DNA of 64,000 bases, from assembly GCA_021738505.1 (NCBI GenBank), contig JAIPBW010000004.1, positions 8,000-71,999 of the forward strand, given 5' to 3'. The DNA comes from Bacteroidales bacterium. Lineage in GTDB: Bacteria; Bacteroidota; Bacteroidia; Bacteroidales; PWNQ01. Under the pieces are notes generated by a model. It ran no database searches, was not told where the DNA came from, and saw only the letters and a program-made list of their open reading frames with translations. Below are positions 39,229 through 47,402 of the stretch, one piece after another; the stretch's first letter is position 1, and each line of letters opens with the position of its first letter. The position numbers were made by a program, and so were the translations under genes.

Positions 39229-39561
39229 TCAACACACCATATTTTCATCAATATCAATGTTTTCAAAGAAGTTTTCGGACAGGCTTTTCAGCTCTTTTAC
39301 TTTTCCGGGATTCAGACAATAGTTGGTTTTGGTTCCGGTAACGTGCCCCTGAATAAGGCCGGCATTTTTCAGTTCTTTTAGGTGCTGGTTCACTGTAGTT
39401 CGCCCCAATGGAAGTTCTTTGCTGATATCGCCCGAAATACAGGTTTTAATCTCCGCCAGATACTTCAGGATTTGTATTCGTGCAGGATGTGCCAATGCTT
39501 TGAATAAATAAGCGCACTGTTGTTCTTGTTTATCGAAAAGTTCACTTTTTGCCAGTACCAT
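39229..39561 (-). CDS. arsR: ArsR/SmtB family transcriptional regulator
   Basis: 110 aa with a winged-helix core (FKALAHPARIQILKYL...TVNQHLKELKNAGLI). Cys residues lie at positions 16, about 40 and about 83, and at the C-terminus. Confidence 0.8.
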   Translation of the reverse strand: MVLAKSELFDKQEQQCAYLFKALAHPARIQILKYLAEIKTCISGDISKELPLGRTTVNQHLKELKNAGLIQGHVTGTKTNYCLNPGKVKELKSLSENFFENIDIDENMVC

Positions 39562-39604
39562 AGCTATCAGTTTTTATATAATGTATCGTTTTACATGTCG
39601 AAAA

Positions 39605-40648
39605 TTATTCTGCAATATTTTTTCCTTGCTGTCTGTTGGCGAAAGCCACCAGTGATAACATCACCGGAACTTCAACCAATACACCTACTACGGTGACCAA
39701 TGCGGCCGGGGAGTTCAGCCCGAACAGAGTAATGCTCACAGCTACAGCTAATTCAAAGAAATTGCTGGCGCCAATCATGGTGGCAGGTGCAAGTACACGG
39801 AAAGGCAGTTTTATTTTCTTTCCAACAAACCATGCCAGAAAGAAAATAAAGTATGTTTGAATGACCAGTGGTATTGCTGCAAGCAAAATAATCAATGGAT
39901 TGCTTAGAATGTTATTTGACTGAAAAGCGAAAAGAAACACCAAAGTTACGAGCAGGGCAACGATGCTAACGGGTTTAAGTTTAGGTAGAAATTTATTTTT
40001 AAACCATTCTTTCCCTCGTGCTCTGATCATCACATGTTGGGTTATTACGCCTGCTACCAGAGGGATGACCACAAAAATGATTATGCTGGCTAATAATGTG
40101 TTATAAGGAATTGAAATATTGGTGATTCCCAGTAAAAGTCCTACAATTGGAATGAATGCCACCAGAATAATCAGATCGTTTACGGATACTTGTACCAGCG
40201 TATAGTTTGGGTCTCCGTCTGTCAGGTAAGACCATACAAACACCATTGCCGTGCAGGGCGCAGCCCCCAGAATGATGGCGCCGGCGATATATTCTTCAGC
40301 CATAGAAGGATCGATCCATGCCTGATAAATATGTGAGAAGAAAAGCCATGCGAAAAAAGCCATGGAAAATGGTTTGATCAGCCAGTTGATGATCAAAGTC
40401 ATGATTACTCCTTTGGGTTTTTTACCCACGTTTTTTATGCTGGAGAAATCAATTTGCAGCATCATAGGATAAATCATTAGCCAGATTAAAATTGCAATCG
40501 GGATATTCACCCTGGCGATCTCCAGTTCGCTGAGTGCTTCCATGCTGTCTCCGGCATAATAGCCCAGTGCAACACCGGCAATAATTCCTAAAGCAACCCA
40601 TACCGTGAGGTATCTATCGAAAAAACTCATTGCTTTCTTTTGTGCCAT
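39605..40648 (-). CDS. acr3: ACR3 family arsenite efflux transporter
   Basis: Start moved to Met 40648 ([14 protein letters not shown]). It has 10 TM helices and the conserved GAAPCTAMV motif. Confidence 0.9.
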   Translation of the reverse strand: MAQKKAMSFFDRYLTVWVALGIIAGVALGYYAGDSMEALSELEIARVNIPIAILIWLMIYPMMLQIDFSSIKNVGKKPKGVIMTLIINWLIKPFSMAFFAWLFFSHIYQAWIDPSMAEEYIAGAIILGAAPCTAMVFVWSYLTDGDPNYTLVQVSVNDLIILVAFIPIVGLLLGITNISIPYNTLLASIIIFVVIPLVAGVITQHVMIRARGKEWFKNKFLPKLKPVSIVALLVTLVFLFAFQSNNILSNPLIILLAAIPLVIQTYFIFFLAWFVGKKIKLPFRVLAPATMIGASNFFELAVAVSITLFGLNSPAALVTVVGVLVEVPVMLSLVAFANRQQGKNIAE

Positions 40649-40740
40649 TATATTTATCGTTTTCAATCCTTGACGCAAATATACGTCAAAAAAATTAACT
40701 GACGTAAACATACGTTAAATATTTTCAGGAAAACTATATA

Positions 40741-40780
40741 CTGAAGGCCTGAAAGGTTTCAAAACCTGTCAGGCCTTCAG
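40741..40780 (-). terminator. strong hairpin after the cation/proton antiporter gene (probable terminator, upstream of acr3)
   Basis: CTGAAGGCCTGA (40741-40752) pairs perfectly with TCAGGCCTTCAG (40769-40780), with further inner pairing (GGTT/AACC). The minus strand is moderately T-rich downstream. Confidence 0.6.
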
Positions 40781-40805
40781 TGGTGGTTAGCGATTTACAG
40801 CCAGT

Positions 40806-42071
40806 TTATTCCTGTGCTTCTCCTGATTTTTTAAGGGCGTATTTTGTTAAGATAGGTCCCAGGATTTCAAAAACCACACTGGTTGCTGTAATGGTTGTGA
40901 AGACGATATTTCCGATATGATCCCCCATAGTTAGCCCTGCATCATTGATCTCAGGGCCTAAACCCTGGAATCGGTTTTTTATGACAAGCGCCAGTCCAAT
41001 CGCTACTCCTGCTTGCGAAAGAATGCCAAATCCTACGTATTTACGTACTTGGGTTTCCAGTCCGCCAAGACTGGCTCCCACAAAAGCGCCTCCACCTAAT
41101 CCAAGTATCCTGGCTAGAATATAAAGTAAGCCAATAAGTCCCAAAGCCGGAACGGATTGTAAATGGAGATTGGCTCCGGCAATAGTGAAAAACAGCAAAT
41201 AGAAAAGCGGAATAATAAAACCTATTTCTTCTTCTTCAAATTCCTTTATGTCTTTTAATTTTGAAAGGTTTCCGATAATAAGGCCGAATACCATACCGGA
41301 GAGTATTTCCGATAGGTTAACTAACTCACTGATTCCCGTAACTAAAAGGACTGTTCCGAAGGACAGAGACAATAGCTCTTCTCGAAAACCCTTTATTTGA
41401 GTCAGGCCGATAAAAAGAGCAGCAGCTAAACCTCCCAGTGCAATGCTAAGGCCGATTTCACGAAAAGGCTCCAGGAAAGTTATCCATAAATTACGATCCA
41501 TTATTTCAGTACTACCGGAATTTGATATAAGAAAGATGGCTAATGGGCTTATCAGACCGAAGATTATAATGGCCAATCCGTCGTCAATTCCAACGATGGA
41601 ATATAAAGTCCGGGTTAGTTTGCCTTTTGATTTGGTTTCATCAATAACAGCAACAGTACCTGCCGGTGCACTTGCCGGGGCTAAAGCTCCAAATATTAAT
41701 GCCAGGGCCAGGTTTCCTGTGAGAATATATAAGAATAATGTTACTAATATAACAGCCAGAAATGATTCAGTAAGAACGGTAATAACAATACCACGTCCTT
41801 TACTCATTATCTCTTTAATGGTTACTTCCAGGCCAATTTTGAAAGCCACAAAGCCCAAAACCATGTGGGTTATGAACTCCATATTGCTTAAAGTTTTTTC
41901 ATCCAGAAAATTGAGTACGGAAGGACCGAGTAAAATACCGGCTACCATATAAGCAATAATATTGGGTAACCTTAGTTTTTTGGTTAACTGCGATAATACG
42001 AGGGGCATCAGGAAAATGATACCTATTATAAAAAGGATAGGAACAGAGTTGTTTTCAAACCAGTTAATCAT
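40806..42071 (-). CDS. cation:proton antiporter (Na+/H+ exchanger family)
   Basis: 421 aa with about 12 TM helices. The N-terminal PNIIAYMVAGILLGPSVLNF is typical of CPA-type exchangers. No KTN/RCK domain. Confidence 0.75.
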   Translation of the reverse strand: MINWFENNSVPILFIIGIIFLMPLVLSQLTKKLRLPNIIAYMVAGILLGPSVLNFLDEKTLSNMEFITHMVLGFVAFKIGLEVTIKEIMSKGRGIVITVLTESFLAVILVTLFLYILTGNLALALIFGALAPASAPAGTVAVIDETKSKGKLTRTLYSIVGIDDGLAIIIFGLISPLAIFLISNSGSTEIMDRNLWITFLEPFREIGLSIALGGLAAALFIGLTQIKGFREELLSLSFGTVLLVTGISELVNLSEILSGMVFGLIIGNLSKLKDIKEFEEEEIGFIIPLFYLLFFTIAGANLHLQSVPALGLIGLLYILARILGLGGGAFVGASLGGLETQVRKYVGFGILSQAGVAIGLALVIKNRFQGLGPEINDAGLTMGDHIGNIVFTTITATSVVFEILGPILTKYALKKSGEAQE

Positions 42072-42241
42072 GACAGCTTTGTTTTTTTAGTTAAAAACAA
42101 ATATAAAGTAGAAAATCAATATTGGCAATATTTGAAATGCTTTTTATCGATTGATATTTAGGAGAGGGAAGGAGAAGGAAAAAGAAAAACAGATTTCTTA
42201 GTAAAGGTATATAATGAATTTTTTCAGGAATAAGTTCATGA

Positions 42242-42289
42242 CAAAAAAATACCTAAATCTGCTGTATAATTGAAACAGCAGATTCAGGT
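42242..42289 (-). terminator. intrinsic terminator after osmC-family gene
   Basis: ACCTAAATCTGCTGT (42251-42265) pairs with ACAGCAGATTCAGGT (42275-42289) at 14 of 15 positions. On the minus strand a U7 run follows (A-run 42243-42249). Confidence 0.75.
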
Positions 42290-42320
42290 ATTCTGAATAT
42301 AACAAATTAGTTCCGCAAAA

Positions 42321-42779
42321 CTAGTTGCTCATCGCATTAACAGATTTCATTGCACTAATCTGAATAGGTGTTTCATGGGCCAGGTTATCGCTAACAGGAC
42401 AGCGATCTTCTATTTGTTCTACCCATTTATTCAGCGTCTTTTCATCGGCATCGGCATCGGCATGGATTTTCACCTCAATTCCTTTAAAGCCGGCTCTTTC
42501 TTCTGTCGATTTCCCCATAAATCTGGCCGGATCCAAATTTCCATTCATTTCCATACTCATTCCGCGAAGTGTAAATCCCATTTCTTTCGCTACCAGATGT
42601 CCAACAACTGTCAAACAACCAGATAAGGCTCCCAATACATATTCTACAGGATTTGCTCCTTCATCGGTTCCCCCAAGATTTTGAGGTTCATCAATGGTCA
42701 TTTTGAAATTACGCGCTTTAACTTCTGTTTGTGTTGCGTTTTTGCTTTCTGCTTTTATGCTTACATTCATATCTTTCAT
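42321..42779 (-). CDS. OsmC family peroxiredoxin-like protein
   Basis: 152 aa with two conserved Cys in the contexts ALSGCLTVV and IEDRCPVS, as in OsmC/Ohr-fold proteins. Confidence 0.8.
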   Translation of the reverse strand: MKDMNVSIKAESKNATQTEVKARNFKMTIDEPQNLGGTDEGANPVEYVLGALSGCLTVVGHLVAKEMGFTLRGMSMEMNGNLDPARFMGKSTEERAGFKGIEVKIHADADADEKTLNKWVEQIEDRCPVSDNLAHETPIQISAMKSVNAMSN

Positions 42780-42881
42780 AATAAGCTCCTTTTAATTATG
42801 TTTTGTTATTATTTTAACATTGTTATAATTATAACACATTTAAAAGAAAAATGTTGTATTTGCTTGGTGATTTTTTAGCCT

Positions 42882-42996
42882 GTGTTTAAACCCTAAATAT
42901 TCGAGATCAAAGCCTGTTCTGCATACTTGTGTATATGAGGATTTAAAATTTGAGCAACAACGTAGCTATCGGACATTATGGGCAAAAACTATTTAG
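42882..42996. repeat. copy B of a duplicated noncoding segment (partner at 47245-47400)
   Basis: GTGTTTAAACCCTAAATATTCGAGATCAAAG...CGTAGCTATCGGACATTATGGGCAAAAACTATTTAG aligns end-to-end with 47245-47400. Both ends match at roughly 80 percent and the centre is variable. Confidence 0.6.
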
Positions 42997-43083
42997 AACT
43001 ATTCCTGATTGGTCTTACCTCTCAACAATTGCAGGGAAGTACTGTTATGTATAAAGTTTTACACAAAAAATAATTTATTATTT

Positions 43084-43557
43084 ATGAAAACAGGAATATT
43101 TACAATTATGGCATTTCTGCTGCTCGGACTTTCATCATGCGAGAATAGCCAGAAAAAAAATACAAGTGATAAATATTATTTCAGCAAAATGGTTGAAGGA
43201 GATTTTGAGGAGGTTACTACCAAAGTTAAGACTACACTAAAGGAGGAGGGTTTTAGTGTTATTACTGAAATTGATATGGCAGAAACGCTCAATGGTAAAA
43301 TTGAAGATGCAAGTATGCAGCCATACCGCATTTTAGGTGCATGCAATGCACAATATGCCTATACAACTATTCAGCAGGAAGAAAATATCGGCGTATTTTT
43401 ACCTTGTAAATTGATAATTAAAAAAGCAGATGATAACAAAACAGAGGTGATTGCTGTTAACCCGGAAAATTTGATGAAAATGCTTGGGAATGATGAGTTA
43501 AATTCCATTGCTGCCGAAGTTAGCGATAAATTCAAAAATGTTCTCAAAAAACTATAG
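43084..43557 (+). CDS. DUF302 domain lipoprotein
   Basis: Start moved to Met 43084 (MKTGIFTIMAFLLLGLSSC, lipobox). The core EGFSVITEIDMAETLNGK...YRILGACN...LPCKLII is typical of DUF302. Confidence 0.7.
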   Translation: MKTGIFTIMAFLLLGLSSCENSQKKNTSDKYYFSKMVEGDFEEVTTKVKTTLKEEGFSVITEIDMAETLNGKIEDASMQPYRILGACNAQYAYTTIQQEENIGVFLPCKLIIKKADDNKTEVIAVNPENLMKMLGNDELNSIAAEVSDKFKNVLKKL

Positions 43558-43945
43558 CTGCAGCGTATTTTTTAATGAACATTTCCTACTTGTTTGAAAT
43601 CAACGCAAATTCATAAATCCTATTTGAAAGGGAATTTACAGCCCGGAAAATATTCATAATATTTTCGATAAGAGCAATTTGCTGCTTTATAATTTGCATG
43701 TTTTAGATTTGGGGGATAGAAGACAGTTTTAAGAGCGAGTAATGAGTTGGATTATTATAAAAGTTATCCAAAGCAAACATTTAACCTGTATTATTCATGC
43801 AATAAGTTTAGATCAGATGCAAGGCGAAAATATAGTAATCTATTTCAAAGCCGGCCGCGTATTTATCATGTCTTAAGCATTTTAATCAAGGAGGGTTTAA
43901 ATACAAGCGTAACAAACAAATTAAGCATTAAAGACAAAATGTTGA

Positions 43946-44203
43946 TTATTGACTGATTAACATTTTACTTACCGTCTCTGTTGATGGGATATATCCCCGG
44001 GCCGCTACTTTTCCATTAATAATCAAAGTAGGTAATATCCATGTTGGATATTTTTGCATTTCTTCAAGATCATTTATTATTTGTATTTCTTCTGATATGC
44101 CTAATTCTTTTAATATCGCTTCCATCCGGCTGATCATGCGGCGGCATTTGCCGCACTTTTTTGGCGGACATAGCAATTTAATTTCCGGATTCTTTACGTC
44201 CAT
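43946..44203 (-). CDS. small thioredoxin-fold protein (Thioredoxin_3 / redox-active disulfide protein 2-like)
   Basis: 85 aa with redox motif KCGKC and LPTLIINGKVAARGYIPS, matching the TPALVIDGKV..G..P pattern of this family. Confidence 0.7.
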   Translation of the reverse strand: MDVKNPEIKLLCPPKKCGKCRRMISRMEAILKELGISEEIQIINDLEEMQKYPTWILPTLIINGKVAARGYIPSTETVSKMLISQ

Positions 44204-44255
44204 ACATTTCCATCGTTACTTTTTGAACGTTTCAGCGAAGTTTTATGTTTGTTCT

Positions 44256-44645
44256 TTAAGAACAGCAGCTAGAACAGCCACATGCATCCGGCAATATGTT
44301 TTCATCAGGAAGATTTTCTGCTCTCCACTGAACCAATCCGCCATCCAGATTGGCTACATGTTTAAATTTCTTAATATTAAGCAAGTTGGCTACTTTGGTT
44401 CCTCTTTCTCCAATGGAGTCCATGGTAATGAGTAATATATCCTCTGGCAAATGCTTCAAGTTGTCTATTATTTCTGTCATGGGATAATTTTTTACATTCT
44501 CCAGATTGACCCGTTCTACTTCGCATTCTTCTTTTTCACGGACATCTATAAGCATGGCCTTGTCTTCTTTTAACAAGTTAAATGCTTCAACGGCTGAAAT
44601 ATGCCGGACTCCGTCTAAATGAAATTTTTGATGATTTGGTTGCAT
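44256..44645 (-). CDS. rhodanese-like domain protein with Asp at the catalytic position and a Cys-rich C-terminal tail
   Basis: 129 aa with rhodanese-fold landmarks (MLIDVRE..E, LDGGLVQW). The active-site loop reads ITMDSIGERG (Asp where Cys is expected), and the protein ends in ACGCSSCCS. Confidence 0.75.
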   Translation of the reverse strand: MQPNHQKFHLDGVRHISAVEAFNLLKEDKAMLIDVREKEECEVERVNLENVKNYPMTEIIDNLKHLPEDILLITMDSIGERGTKVANLLNIKKFKHVANLDGGLVQWRAENLPDENILPDACGCSSCCS

Positions 44646-44667
44646 AAACTGTTGTTTGATTTTGTGG

Positions 44668-44744
44668 TTGAGCTGATTAAGTTGAATAAGTGATAAGTCT
44701 ATTAATCAGTTCTTTCAGTTATTCAATCCTCTCAATTAACTCAA
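44668..44744. repeat. solo imperfect hairpin of the GATTAAGTTGA family between thioredoxin-like and rhodanese-like genes
   Basis: Contains GATTAAGTTGA (44675-44685). Pairings are TTGAG/CTCAA (44668-72 / 44740-44), CTGATTAA/TTAATCAG (44673-80 / 44702-09) and TTGAATAA/TTATTCAA (44682-89 / 44719-26). The last two are mutually exclusive. Confidence 0.6.
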
Positions 44745-44749
44745 TAAAT

Positions 44750-44998
44750 CTAACTTTTTGCCTCGTCATTAAGCCATTTGGCTAATGTAGTTTTTACCGG
44801 AATTTTTCCCTGCGAAAATACTTTTCCATTAACTACAAGTCCTGGCGTAAGCATTACACCGTAATCACCAAACCTATTCATATCGGTTACTTTTTCAATA
44901 TTGGCTTCAATATTGTTTTCTTTCACAACTTCGTTGCATAAATTTTCAAGTTTTATGCAGTTTGGACATCCAGATCCTAATACTTTAATATCTAACAT
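44750..44998 (-). CDS. thioredoxin-fold redox-active disulfide protein 2 family
   Basis: 82 aa. MLDIKVLGSGCPNC...YGVMLTPGLVVNGKV is the canonical pattern of this family. Confidence 0.8.
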   Translation of the reverse strand: MLDIKVLGSGCPNCIKLENLCNEVVKENNIEANIEKVTDMNRFGDYGVMLTPGLVVNGKVFSQGKIPVKTTLAKWLNDEAKS

Positions 44999-45027
44999 AA
45001 TTGATCATTTTAAAGGTTTCTAAATAA

Positions 45028-46347
45028 TTAAAAAAAAGCTCCGTATATTAATCCTGATGCTGTTGCCATAATCACAACCAAAGCAATGTATACTAATGTT
45101 TTTTGGGTTCCGATTACGCCACGTATGACCAACATATTGGGCAACGACAGGGAAGGGCCTGCCAGCAGCAATGCTAATGCCGGTCCTTTGCCCATACCGG
45201 CTCCGATTAAACCTTGCAGAATAGGCACTTCGGTCAGTGTGGCAAAGTACATGAAAGCTCCTACGATGGAGGCAAAAAAGTTAGAGAAAACAGAATTGCC
45301 ACCTACGAGATTTACAACCCACTCATTCGGAATAATTCCGGGCATGTCTGTGTTTCCGTGTGTAGATCCCAGCAAAAACCCTGCTGCCAGAACACCGATA
45401 GCCAGTAAAGGCATAATTTGTTTTGTGAAATCCCAGGCAGATATCGTCCATTCCTTATTGTTCGGATCCCGCTTGTCTAGCAACGTGACCACACTTAATC
45501 CGGCAATTCCCACAATCATAGGGACTTGAGGGTTCGTGCTTACTATGCCTGCAATAGCTGTTACTACTGTTGCTATGGCTACATGCTGCCATTTGATTTT
45601 CAAAATGGCAATTAAGGAATAGATCAGCAACAATCCAAATACGGAAGTAATGTGCCATTTATTAGCCCATATCCAGTACCAGACGCCTTCAGTTACACCA
45701 TCAGCCGGTTTTCCCCAGTTAGCAAAAACCAAGATTAACACCAACGTAAAAAAGTGAAGGGCTGTTTGCCATAATGGACGTTTTTCTTCCGTTTCAGGAA
45801 AATTAAGCTGTTCGTCTTTTTTAGCTTTTTCTTCTTTGCGATAGATCAGTGACATGACTGATCCGATGACAATAGCAAACACAACAGCACCAATAATCCT
45901 GGCTACGCCCATTTCAAAACCTAAAATGCGGGCGGTAAGAATAATGGCCAGAATGTTAATAGCCGGACCGGAATACAAAAAAGCGATAGCGGGGCCCAGG
46001 CCTGCTCCACGCTTGTGAATACTGGAAAACAACGGCAAAATAGTACAGCTACATACGGCCAGAATGGTTCCCGATACGGATGCAATCGAATAAGCTACCC
46101 ATTTTTTAGCTTTAGCACCGAAATATTTCATCACAGCGCCTTGACTGACAAATACTGCTATGACACCTGCTATAAAGAATGCCGGCAACAAGCATAAAAT
46201 GACATGTTCCTGCGCATACCATTTGGCCAAATCGAACATGGCCAAAATAGCTTCTTTAAACCGGGTGCTTTCAACCGGCAAATAATAGGCAAGAACAAAT
46301 ATTGCTATGATCCATCCCAGTATTTTAAATTCTCTCTTTTTATCCAT
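45028..46347 (-). CDS. UPF0718 / ArsP-type permease
   Basis: 439 aa with about 10-12 TM helices and a vicinal Cys pair in VCSCTILPLF, resembling the CSC motif of ArsP-family permeases. It is adjacent to Thioredoxin_3 genes, as is usual for this family. Confidence 0.7.
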   Translation of the reverse strand: MDKKREFKILGWIIAIFVLAYYLPVESTRFKEAILAMFDLAKWYAQEHVILCLLPAFFIAGVIAVFVSQGAVMKYFGAKAKKWVAYSIASVSGTILAVCSCTILPLFSSIHKRGAGLGPAIAFLYSGPAINILAIILTARILGFEMGVARIIGAVVFAIVIGSVMSLIYRKEEKAKKDEQLNFPETEEKRPLWQTALHFFTLVLILVFANWGKPADGVTEGVWYWIWANKWHITSVFGLLLIYSLIAILKIKWQHVAIATVVTAIAGIVSTNPQVPMIVGIAGLSVVTLLDKRDPNNKEWTISAWDFTKQIMPLLAIGVLAAGFLLGSTHGNTDMPGIIPNEWVVNLVGGNSVFSNFFASIVGAFMYFATLTEVPILQGLIGAGMGKGPALALLLAGPSLSLPNMLVIRGVIGTQKTLVYIALVVIMATASGLIYGAFF

Positions 46348-46398
46348 TTCAAAATATTTTTATATTTCGCTAATCGACGAAATGTGTTCACAAATTTT

Positions 46399-47100
46399 TT
46401 AAAAATATACTATAGCGATCAGATAAATCCCTGCAACAATAAATATAACCGAAACAACACGTCTAAACCATATTTCAAATATTTTAAGATTATTATATAA
46501 CTTGCCGACTCCCGAAACCGTATAAGCTATCAGGTATGCAAAAATGATAACCGGAATACCTGTAGCAATGGCAAAGATGACGGGCAAGAATAAACCGGAA
46601 GCACTGCCAATGGTCATAGGTATTAACATGCCAAAATACAATACTCCGCTATAAGGACAGAAAGCAAGTGCAAAGAGTATCCCTAATAAAAGAACATCAA
46701 GATAATTGTGCTTGTTTTTATTTTGGAATTTTTGTGTTAGCCTGCTCATGCCCGGGAATTTAATTTTTAAAATATCTAACATCAAAATACCTATCAAGAC
46801 CAGGATTGGTCCGGCAATTTTTTCCCCGTATTGCTGAAACCAACCTGAAATTTTCATTTGGTCTGCACCGATAAAAATGATGACAGCCAACGAAGTATAG
46901 GCAACAGCACGTCCCAGGGTATAGATAAGTCCATTGATGAAAACCCGTCTTTTGTTTTCAACATCTTTACCTATAAAACCTATAGCTGTGATGTTAGTAG
47001 CCAAAGGGCAGGGGCTGATCGCTGTCATAAGCCCAAGCATAAATGCAGTAACCACCGGCAATGAACTATTGCTCATTACATTTTGCAAAAACTCTTCCAT
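46399..47100 (-). CDS. CcdA/DsbD-core-like membrane protein (DsbD_2 type; from memory, named ArsG family in some annotations)
   Basis: 233 aa with six TM helices. One Cys lies in TM1 (AISPCPLA) and one in TM4 (LAFCPYSG), the arrangement used by CcdA/DsbD for transmembrane thiol-disulfide transfer. Confidence 0.65.
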   Translation of the reverse strand: MEEFLQNVMSNSSLPVVTAFMLGLMTAISPCPLATNITAIGFIGKDVENKRRVFINGLIYTLGRAVAYTSLAVIIFIGADQMKISGWFQQYGEKIAGPILVLIGILMLDILKIKFPGMSRLTQKFQNKNKHNYLDVLLLGILFALAFCPYSGVLYFGMLIPMTIGSASGLFLPVIFAIATGIPVIIFAYLIAYTVSGVGKLYNNLKIFEIWFRRVVSVIFIVAGIYLIAIVYF

Positions 47101-47124
47101 ATATTTAATTTATTGAGATGTTGG

Positions 47125-47206
47125 TGTGCTGATATTTTGGACCGTAGATTTTGAATTGACAGAAAGGCTAATGTCCACATAATCAAATTATAGGCATATC
47201 AGCACA
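47125..47206. repeat. 11-bp perfect inverted repeat within the intra-operon spacer
   Basis: TGTGCTGATAT (47125-47135) is the exact reverse complement of ATATCAGCACA (47196-47206). The intervening 60 nt has no ORF. Confidence 0.6.
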
Positions 47207-47219
47207 TCAAATCATCGGC

Positions 47220-47402
47220 TAATTAGTGTCTGTCTATAAAGTAAGTGTTTAGTTCATAATGTTCGAGTTCAAAGTTTACTCCGCATTTATCGGGGGCTTT
47301 CGAAGTTTTTTATCATCAGGAGTCCCGATTGGAACATCGGGATGACTGTGATAAAAAACGAGCATAACGCAGAAATCGGACATTATGGACAAACACTAAT
47401 TA
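47220..47402. repeat. copy A of duplicated noncoding segment, bounded by 15-bp inverted repeats
   Basis: TAATTAGTGTCTGTC (47220-47234) is complementary to GACAAACACTAATTA (47388-47402) at 14 of 15 positions. The interior 47245-47400 is homologous to 42882-42996, and an extra hairpin TCCCGAT/ATCGGGA (47323-47342) is present only in this copy. Confidence 0.6.

Noticed and set aside
41443-41952. 169-aa plus-strand ORF
   Set aside because: It is antisense to the cation/proton antiporter gene and has no motifs, so it is a shadow ORF. The same reasoning applies to other antisense track ORFs inside confident genes, for example 801..1037, 2296..2592, 5865..6218, 35278..35673, 35690..36040, 45086..45529, 52273..52608 and 30752..31129.
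43747-43956. 69-aa plus-strand ORF in the DUF302 / thioredoxin-like spacer
   Set aside because: It has no recognisable motif, and its 3' end overlaps the convergent thioredoxin-like gene. The 390-bp spacer is left unannotated.
47310-47346. CCTGATGAT and CCCGATG words (minus strand) reminiscent of the fluoride (crcB) riboswitch
   Set aside because: The other conserved riboswitch elements (the AAC.GCC segment and the pseudoknot partners) are absent. This hairpin is also missing from the homologous copy at 42.9 kb.
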